NCBI GenBank assembly: GCA_951406725.2
Contig: OX597825.1
Location: 12,524,001 to 12,588,000 of the forward strand
DNA length: 64,000 nucleotides
Direction of reading: 5' to 3'
Source: Octopus vulgaris
Taxonomy: Eukaryota
Made by a program: the position numbers and the translations under genes. Under the pieces are notes generated by a model. The model saw only the letters and a program-made list of their open reading frames with translations. It had not been told where the DNA came from and ran no database searches. Positions 54,753-64,000 of this stretch are shown one piece after another; within the stretch, counting starts at the first letter, position 1, and each line of letters begins with the position of its first letter.

Positions 54753-54772
54753 ATATATATATATATAAATAT

Positions 54773-54952
54773 TGTGAGGTATACTTGCCATCTCAATATG
54801 GCTGACCACTAAGTGTGGGTGTTACTGTAGCTTGTAGCCCCAGGAGAACATCGTCTCCAACTGGCTTTAGACGATGTTCTCCTGGGGCTATAAGCCACAG
54901 TAATACCCACCCTTGTTGGTCAGCCATATTGAGATGGCAAGTATACCTCACA
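54773..54952. repeat. 180-bp hairpin (84-bp arms, 12-nt loop)
   Basis: TGTGAGGTATACTTGCCATCTCAATATGGCTGACC...TCGTCT and its reverse complement, with few mismatches. Confidence 0.9.
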
Positions 54953-55004
54953 TTGTCGTGCAGTTACTGTTTATACCTCGTTCAGAGATTTATAATATAA
55001 ATAT

Positions 55005-55425
55005 TATTATTTCTAAATCTCTCTAAAGGAGACTACGGCAGCAGTACTAGGTATTAATAGTTACTGCCAAGCTAACATGGCAGTCCAGAAAAATAACACG
55101 AAAGCTGCCGTTGATTAGCTCCAAGAGGCCATCGCGCTTCGCGTCTAGCTAGCTATGTGACACACAATCATCGAAAAGGGGAGGTCAGCAGCTTCCCCAT
55201 GTTGGGTCAGACACCCGCAAACTAGTTTCAGGGTATTTACCCTTTATCAATATGGAGTAGTCGAACCCAGCAGGCGTTGCTGTTGATTGGTTTTTCGAAG
55301 GTTGTAATGGACACCGGTTTGCGTGCCACATAGCTAGCTAGAGGTGATTGCCACTTGAAGCTAATCAACGGCAGCATTCGTCCTACTTTTCTGGACTGCC
55401 ATATTAGCTTGGCGATAACTATTAA
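55005..55425 (-). mobile_element. Diverged family H4 element with inverted arm
   Basis: Colinear similarity to 30109-30178 then 29804-30030; 55320-55425 inverts 55054-55165. Confidence 0.7.
55215..55255 (-). ncRNA. Minimal type I hammerhead, U3-A8 core variant
   Basis: CCAUA-UUGAUAA-AGGGUA-AA-UACCCU-GAAA-CUAG-UU-UGCGG. Confidence 0.65.
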
Positions 55426-55493
55426 CACACGCACACACATACACACACACAAAACACACAAACACATATAAACACACACACACACACACACAT

Positions 55494-55594
<101 letters not shown>

Positions 55595-56192
55595 CGACGA
55601 ATGCAGTACTAATAACGGGAGGTAATATTTATCACCTCTTAACTTATACCGCAATATAGTTATGTAGTTTGTTCTAACGGAATATCCACGTTCAAGTGGG
55701 GAAAAATCTAGCGATGATAACAAACCTGGATGTATTTCAAGAAATGATATAATGTAAACACTGACGATAGGTATTCTTTTCTCTGGTATTAAGTTGCTTT
55801 CCTTTCAAAGTACTTTTCTTTAGGCATTACAACTTTTCAAATATTTAACCTCAGATACATATTTTTGTTTACTTTGAGTTCCTGTTTAAGTGCAGTCACT
55901 AAACGCAAGAGAATTTCTTTTCTAAGGGGAAAATATGTATATTATTATAGCAAATTCTTTATTTAATGAACTCTAGCATCTGTATGGCTGCATGGTATTT
56001 CGTCTCATAAATATCAGAGTGAATATTATCAATATGAAGATATAAGCGATTTAAAATAATATTCGCTTGGAAGGGAATGACTTTTCAGAATACGTGTAGC
56101 ATTACAGTTCTATTTTTCAGAGATGCGGAATTATATACATTATTTACAATAGTTACATTTGACGGATATTTTTCCTCATTTTGTTTGTTCTT

Positions 56193-56238
56193 AACGCAAC
56201 GTTTCGGCTGATATAACGTCCAGCCTTCATCAGGTGCC
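56193..56238 (-). ncRNA. Minimal type I hammerhead, canonical core (family H3)
   Basis: GGCAC-CUGAUGA-A-GGCUG-GACGUUAUAU-CAGCC-GAAA-CG-UU-GCGUU within repeat 56085-56357. Confidence 0.7.
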
Positions 56239-56291
56239 TTGGAGAAATTTCGAACATGGATTCTCATTTCTAAGCTATTTTTCCGATGTTG

Positions 56292-56325
<34 letters not shown>

Positions 56326-56351
56326 ATTCAGAGTTCTATTCCAGGCAGTGA

Positions 56352-56355
<4 letters not shown>

Positions 56356-56443
<88 letters not shown>

Positions 56444-56455
56444 GTGATAATAATC

Positions 56456-56490
<35 letters not shown>
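56356..56490. repeat. (TAA)n microsatellite
   Basis: Trinucleotide tract. Confidence 0.95.
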
Positions 56491-56494
56491 TATA

Positions 56495-56770
56495 TGAGAA
56501 TGATCCCTGGCTTACCATCCCTGCAAGAAGTGCAAAAGATTGTCTTAACTGGTACATCACACGTATTGCGAAGAGCATTGTCGATGTGAGAACTGTTGCT
56601 GCTCATGTATTTTAATTTAACTTTAAAAAAATAAAAAATAAATGAACGAACTATTGAGTTTGGTTTAATGGCCTAACATTGTATACTAAGAGTTTCTTTG
56701 CCCTAGGAGTCGGGAAGACGCTCGGCAAGAAATGGAAGCACATTTGAAAGAAGAAGAAAAAAAAATAATA
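56495..56770 (+). mobile_element. 3' end of an R4/Dong-like LINE inserted in (TAA)n
   Basis: MIPGLPSLQEVQKIVLTGTSHVLRRALSM* (QK..LLGT..ILR..L terminal motif), then 3'UTR and A/TAA tail. Confidence 0.75.
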
Positions 56771-56774
56771 ACAG

Positions 56775-56935
56775 CAACAACAACAACAACAACATCGGAA
56801 AAATACCTTAGGAATGAGAACCCAGGTTCGAAATTCCCCCAAGACAATTGATGATGGCTGGAAAGTACATCAGTCTATACGTTGTTAACAACAAACAAGA
56901 TGGGGACAAGCATCCGTCAAATGTAGCTAATGTAC
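56775..56935 (+). mobile_element. Decayed family H3 repeat, inverted relative to 56085-56300
   Basis: AACATCGGAAAAATACCTTAGGAATGAGAACCCAGGTTCGAAATT...TTGATGATGGCTGG. Confidence 0.75.
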
Positions 56936-57789
56936 TTGTGTAGCATTAGTATTTAAATGTGATTGACCACTTATCATAAACTAAAAATTATATCGGACGA
57001 AACGTCCGTCGTTCAAGCAATAGAAACCGCAGCCAAATATCGCGAAAATCTTATTGAAGAATATGCCAAAACATTATATTTTGTGACAGTGTAGGCATAG
57101 TAGGTCCGGATAGATAGTGGAATGACCACGGCTTGAACACGCATGGCATTAGATTTGGCTCGATCAGAGTAAACTTAGGACTAATCTACGACAACAAAAT
57201 AGCTACAGAGCGTAAAACGGATGGGGTCAGTGCAGAAGTAAGGAAGAATAGAGAAGGGGTATAGTTGAGGAGCGTGGAATAGTAGAGAGAAAGTATCGGG
57301 TAGAGGGGGAAATCAATGGGTAATGATTTGATAACCGCGCTGAAAATTGTGCAAACACATGATTATAGACCACATATATAATGCTATTGAAAAGCAAGTA
57401 ATTTTAATTCGATTTAAGGGGCGCGGAAAGAAGTCAATAAAATCGAATAATTTCATTGTGGAAGAACACAAACAAAAGGAGTATCAATTTGAATCTGAAA
57501 ATGTTAGACGATTAAAAATTATAGGCAATAATGTCAACGGAAGATACAAATGGGTAATTGAAAATCGAAAATTAAAATGGCTCGAATCAGAGAATAAATA
57601 TTAAAATATTTCAAGAAAAGAATAAGATCGTTAATTAGCTAAAGAAGTAATCAATAAAACAATATGGCTACCGTGAATGCAATCATTTTTAAAAGTACAA
57701 TGTAAAACTATAAAACCCTGCTATTAAATTTTAACACAATGATTTATGAGTGACGTTCAGTCAGCGCACACATTTCTGAGGTGTTTGCT

Positions 57790-57884
<95 letters not shown>

Positions 57885-57885
57885 C

Positions 57886-57927
<42 letters not shown>

Positions 57928-58394
57928 ATATATACACACTTACACACGCATCTATGTGCATATGCGTAAATACATACATATATGTATATGTGTGCGCATG
58001 CCTGTGGAATGTACAGAAAATAAATATTGGCATAAATAATTGTATGTGTGATTCAGTGTGTGTTTGAGAGATTATAATCAGTTTTTAGCGTACGTCAGCG
58101 TGTACGTGTTTGCAGGTTCGATCTATGGGAGAATGTACGGAGTTTGTACGAAACGTTCCGATGAAACCAATATCTTTAACGTTCTGCTTAAACGGTTGCC
58201 GATCAAAAGCTGAAGGAATCATCTATTCTCAGAAAGAATTCCAGTGGAACGACATCTAGAATTGGGGCAAAGATAATGTGAAATGATTTATGCAGTGTTT
58301 AGTGAGGTTTGAACACAGTGAGGTTGATGAGATGAAGGACGCAGTTAGTATTCATTTTAGTCTGTGTGGATGAGTGTGGTTATAATTTTCATTG

Positions 58395-58448
<54 letters not shown>

Positions 58449-58449
<1 letters not shown>

Positions 58450-58797
58450 GGAAGCGCAATGGACCAGTGATCGCGGTTTCGATTTCCAGATCAGGTGTTG
58501 TGAGTGTTTATTGAGTGCAATGCAAACACTTAAAGCTCCACGAGTCTCCAGCAGAGGAGTGGTGGCGAACCCTGCTGTACTCTTTCACCACAAATTTCTT
58601 TCAATCTTCCTGTTTCTGTTTTACCTGTATTTCGAAGGGCCAGCCTTATCACACTCTGTGTCCCACTGAATCTCCCCCAAAACTACGGTAATTGTACACG
58701 TATCCGTGGAGTGCTCAGCCACTTGCACGTTAAGTTCTCGAGCAGGCTGTTCCGTTGATCGTATCAACTGAAACCCTGGTCGTAGTAGCCGCAATAA
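58449..58797 (+). mobile_element. SINE family C, tail type 2, diverged
   Basis: Matches the reverse complement of 34773-35159. Confidence 0.8.
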
Positions 58798-58802
58798 CAT
58801 AT

Positions 58803-58950
58803 ATATGTCTGTCCATCTGGCAATTTGATGCCTTCGCTGTTGACTACTTGTCCCCTTCTCATGACTAATATTGCACACTTATCTATGCCAAACATTTTGC
58901 CTATATCTTTACCAAAGAGTCTTAAAGTCTGCATTAAGGAATATATCTCC
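58803..58950 (-). mobile_element. R4/Dong-like RT fragment
   Basis: KEIYSLMQTLRLFGKDIGKMFGIDKCAILVMRRGQVVNSEGIKLPDGQ matches the post-YMDD motif FS.DIGM.FG.DKCA...RG...GI.LPDG. Confidence 0.8.
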
Positions 58951-59048
<98 letters not shown>

Positions 59049-59206
59049 CATTATTATTATTATTATATGTTTGACTTTTGCTTTATATTTGTACAAGTTG
59101 GCTCCAAGTCTCACCCAGAGATCTCAAGAGGCAACAGGTTGGAAGTACGTATTGTTGTTATGCCTAGTGTGCCATATATTTGGTTTTGTATTTATTATTA
59201 CTATTA

Positions 59207-59303
<97 letters not shown>

Positions 59304-59316
59304 CATCATAATTATA

Positions 59317-59392
<76 letters not shown>
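58951..59392. repeat. (TAA)n array interrupted by a ~125-bp probable LINE 3'UTR (59066-59190, minus)
   Basis: Trinucleotide tracts flank a short non-repetitive insert that runs into TAA on the minus strand. Confidence 0.75.
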
Positions 59393-60314
59393 GACAAGAC
59401 GAATAGTGAGATGCGATTGCAATAGATATTTTGTTGGTTCAACGATGATATTTCTAGAGCAAGCTTGTCTTTCTCGAGTTGAAAATAGAAAAGTGCTAAA
59501 ATTCAAAATTATAAAAACTCAAATCTAAGATCCAATGGCCCAGGATTGGACTCAGTACTGGGGTCTAGCGAAACTAACAAGCTTGACAAGCCAACTGCAA
59601 GAAGGCATAAGACGCAAAGGCTCTAATTTATTGAACGGAGCCGTCGTCTACTTTTGAGTCGTATCTCAAAGGTGTCGATAAGATATTTTCATAATACTTT
59701 TAAGTTAATATCTGATCGTCTTCGTTAGAAATCATTATCATTATTTTCTGCAACTAATGATGCTCAGATATATCAATAGATAATAATTATTTCTGTAGGA
59801 GAAAGCCAAAATGCCATTCAAGAAATATAACTTTTGAATATTGAAAAGTTCGTCATCTTTTCTATTTGGTTCTATATTCAATTTCATAATTAAATTCCAA
59901 TATCTTTAAGAATTCCTTAATTAAATATTTGAATGTATTTTAAAATTCTAATGGCGTCCGTATTTCTTCGGTCAAAACCAAAAATATTATAATGTGTCAC
60001 AGTACAAAATGTTTCTACGTATAACATTATTTACACGTATAAGGAAGCTAATAACTCATGTTATTCTATAGAGTATAGAATCTAAATAAAGACAACCAAT
60101 CAAAAATATATATGAAAATTTGTGATTAAAACATTTCTCATCACTAAAAACATACAATTTTACTACATAAGGAATGCTATGTAAGGATAAGATTATAAGT
60201 AAAGGTCATCCATATTTCCAGCGGTTTATCTACTGAGATATTGCAGTGTCGTCATAGAGATTCTAACAAACCTCCCACAGTTTAAAACATAGTTAATAAT
60301 GCTTGTAAATATAT

Positions 60315-60712
60315 CTTTTCTACTTTAGGCACAAGGCCTGAAATTTTTGGGAAGAGAACCAGTCGATTAGATCGACCTCAGTACGCGACCGGTACTAAAT
60401 TTATCGACCCCAAAAGGATGAAAGGAAAGTCGACCTCGGCGGAATTTGATCTCCAGGAAGGTAAAGACAGACGAAATGCCTATTTCTTTACCACCCACAG
60501 GTGCTAAACATAGAAGGGACAAACACGGACAGACGAAGTGATTAAGTCGATTATATCGACCCCAGTGCGTAACTGGTACTTATTTAATCGACCCTGAAAG
60601 GATGAAAGGCAAAGTCGACCTCGGCGGAATTTGAACTCAGAACGTAGCGGCAGACGAAATACGGCTACGCATTTCGTCCGGCGTGCTAACGTTTTTGCCT
60701 GCTCGCCGCCTT
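60315..60712 (-). mobile_element. SINE family A dimer with alternative terminal tail
   Basis: 19-bp TSD ATAATGCTTGTAAATATAT (60296-60314, 60713-60731). Confidence 0.9.
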
Positions 60713-61010
60713 ATAATGCTTGTAAATATATATCAAGCACACGCTCTGGTGGTGTTTCTCAAAAATTACGATAATCCAAAATTATAAGATAGTGGCTACA
60801 TAAAACGGCTTATTGACATTTATAAATTTAAGGAGGGAAAAATACTTGACGTTATAAATTACGTTATATCATCCGTTCTAATTGCGACGTAGCGGGAATT
60901 TAGAAGTTATTTTTTATCGTTTACCTTCAGATATTTCAGCCCTGATACATAGCACAAGATTCGTTTCAAGGTTACTGAGATACTAAGTTCTTACATTAAA
61001 TTTTCTAACG

Positions 61011-61176
61011 GGCGCAGGAGTGGCTGTGTGGTAAATAGCTTGCTAACCAACCACATGGTTCCGGGTTCAGTCCTACTGCGTGGCATCTTGGGCAAGTGTC
61101 TTCTGCTATAGCCCCGGGCCGACCAATGCCTTGTGAGTGGATTTGGTAGACGGAAACTGAAAAGAAGCCCGGCGTA

Positions 61177-61220
<44 letters not shown>

Positions 61221-61445
61221 TGTGTGTGTTTGTGTGTCTGTGTTTGTCCCCCTAGCATTGCTTGACAACCGATGCTGGTGTGTTTACGTCCCCGTCACTT
61301 AGCGGTTCGGTAAAAGAGACCGATAGAATAAGTACTGGGCTTACAGAAGAATAAGTCCTCGGGTCGATTTGCTCGACTAAAGGGGCGGTGCTCCAGCATG
61401 GCCGCAGTCAAATGACTGAAACAAGTAAAAGAGTGAAAAGAGAGA
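61011..61445 (+). mobile_element. SINE family B, full length
   Basis: GGCGCAGGAGTGGCTGTGTGG head, internal (TA)n(TG)n, AAGTAAAAGAG tail. Confidence 0.9.
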
Positions 61446-62692
61446 GGTCTTAACCATCGTAGGTGGGGAAAATTTTAATCGTGCATCTCGATAAAATACT
61501 TCTTTTCTGAGTAACTTCAATGCTCCCATTTCATTCCCACTTAATGGCAAATACCTGTAAAAACATTTAACTCGTCGTCACCCTTGAAGTTCTCGTCACT
61601 CCAAAACATGCACCGATTGCACTGAGAACAACCTATTCCCAGCACCTGCATGTATTCAAGTATACACCAATTCAATATTATTCTATATCTTTCAAATACT
61701 AATTGAACATAAATAATACAAGTTTTCATCGTATTAGGAGACCATTGAAAATGCATCCTGCAAAAATTTTTAAAAGGAATATGCTCCTTCAGTTGTACAG
61801 AAAATACATATTTTCTTATATTATTTCAAAGTTCTAAATATGTTCGGGTATATAAATGCTTCGAGGCATCAAGACAAATTTTTGCAAATCTGATGTTACA
61901 ACTACTACTTGTAAATCTCTATCTCGGTGATAAATAAAACGGAAAAGGATGTTGATATTCAGAAAGGAAATATATTTAACATACAAGCAGTCTCCTTTGC
62001 ATTGCATCGTGTAAATAAATGTTTTATGCGTGTCCAAAAACTATAAAAATATTCAAAAATGGTTAATGCATATATATAAATTTGCAATTCAATGCAATCA
62101 TATATTTTCATTCTAAGAACATTTTAAAATTATTTACATAGTCTACATTCGTAAGAGAAGTTCAGTATTAGATGTATATATTACGATTTTTTATGACTTT
62201 TCAATGATAATTTTACCCAATGATATGGCTTCTTTTCAATATGTGTCTTTAAACTCCACTCACTGATATCTGTAACCCAGTATTACGTTCAAGAACCAGG
62301 TACGGGAAAGTACAAGTTTAATTTGCGAAAAAACAACTTGTAATAACAATTTAAGTCGTGTTGACAACTCTTCTACCATGGATTATATACACAAACGTAC
62401 ATGTTTTCGAATTTCACACTCACTCACCCTATTTGTTTGCTTGTCTGGAACTCTCTCACTCACTCACTCACTCACTCTCTCTCTTTATATATATGTATAT
62501 ATATATATTCTTGTATGTTTTTTTGTTTCAGTCATTTGACCGCGGCCATGCTGGGACACCAACGTAAGGTAAAAACATGTATGCACTCATAAATGTCGAC
62601 TGTGGCCAAGCTGGAGCACCGCCTTTTAGTCGAGCAAATCGACCCCAGAACATATTCTTTGTAAGCCTAGTAATTTTTCTATCGGTGTCTTT

Positions 62693-62762
<70 letters not shown>

Positions 62763-62807
62763 TATATATATGTAATGTATATCATTCTATGTATGTATTT
62801 ATAAATA

Positions 62808-63341
62808 TTAGGTTGAGGAATACGTTCGTGCGCCGTGTTAAAATAAAGTTGTTTTATATATTCTTGTGGTGTGTGTGTACGTGTGTTCATTCAGTTCATG
62901 TAGGGTTCAATGATGAGTCACTGCTGAAAAGTACCCAAGACTTGTTCTTCGAAAACGCGCGTTGTTTGAATGAGACAATGCAAAGCGTCTTACCGCTAGA
63001 AAGACCAGCAAGAAAATACAATAATTGGATTGTGTGGAAGTTCTGCCGCATCCAGCCTATTAATCCAGACGTTGCTCCATCAGTCTACGTTTTCTTCCGA
63101 CCAATAGAGCACTTTATGAAAGGTCGCCGATATCAGTCATTTGGTGAAGTAGTTGAAGCTTGTGAAGAATTTTTCGATTAAAAGCCAAAGGATTGGTACT
63201 TTGACTAAATCTGAAAGCTTTGCAGATCATTGGCAGAAGATCGTGGAAAATAATGGTCTTTATTTTGAAAAATAATTTTGTTTTTTAAGTCTTGCATAAA
63301 ATATCATTATTTTACGGAGCCAAAACTTTTCCTCGCTTTAA
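62808..63341 (+). mobile_element. Internally deleted mariner transposon (pseudo-transposase C-terminus)
   Basis: 62974-63275 reads DNAKRLT...EVLPHPAY*/PDVAPSVYVFFRPIEHFMKGRRYQS...WQKIVENNGLYFEK* (HDNA and YSPDLAPSD motifs); left TIR TA|TTAGGTTGAGGAA with a decayed right TIR. Confidence 0.85.
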
Positions 63342-63449
63342 CTCTCTTCCTTATTAAGTTTAGCATCAAACAATCTAAAACATTCTTAAGCCTCCTGTCT
63401 CCTTGCAGAACGCAGCATGAAACTATTCCAGTGGTGTGTGTGCGTTTGT

Positions 63450-63587
<138 letters not shown>

Positions 63588-64000
63588 ATGTACGAAGTCA
63601 TGCTTTGTTTTCGTTACAGTTAGTGCGTCACTGAACATACATGTAGCAAAAGCATGGCAAAATGTCAAGACTCTATCCAATATTTTGATCCAGAATCGGT
63701 CGCATAATTTATCCAGTAAAATCGCAAATCTGGTCTACGAAATACACCACTAAAACGTTTCGTGATCGTCTTTATCCAAGCAGTCAGAAGGTAAAGAATA
63801 GCTAAACGTTTTTCTTCGTAGAATATCTGCTTTGTTATTCCCTATAGATTAAAATTCGTAATCTACTACGCGAATATTCTTAACGTTTCAAAGCATATAT
63901 TTCAGCGTCGTATGTAGGCAATGATCTCAATAATCGAAATTTTATTACAGAACAGTCTCTATTAAATAAATCGAGCGTAATAACAACGCTGCAAATAAAG

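Noticed and set aside
59530-59675. Cluster of short hairpins
   Set aside because: Stems of 5-6 bp, single copy, no ribozyme core or other support.

Overview
AT-rich, microsatellite-saturated animal genomic DNA. The repeat families suggest a cephalopod, probably Octopus (recognition, not a database result). I found no credible host protein-coding exon; almost all listed ORFs are artefacts of (TA)n, (TG)n, (TATC)n, (TATG)n and (TAA)n tracts, so the window is intronic or intergenic. It holds dozens of tRNA-derived SINEs in 3-4 modular families (several with target-site duplications), decayed LINE pieces (R4/Dong-like next to TAA arrays, RTE-like, a Penelope RT piece), a non-autonomous Helitron, an internally deleted mariner and a Chapaev3-like remnant. 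The most interesting layer is a diverse set of minimal type I hammerhead-ribozyme motifs with palindromic stem III. They belong to about five distinct repeat families and include non-canonical cores (U3-A8 covariant, U6 variant). Several sit in ~360-490 nt circularly permuted monomers that carry inverted foldback arms, the architecture of Penelope pseudo-LTRs or retrozyme-like elements. All structures were read by eye, and none has been computed or tested.
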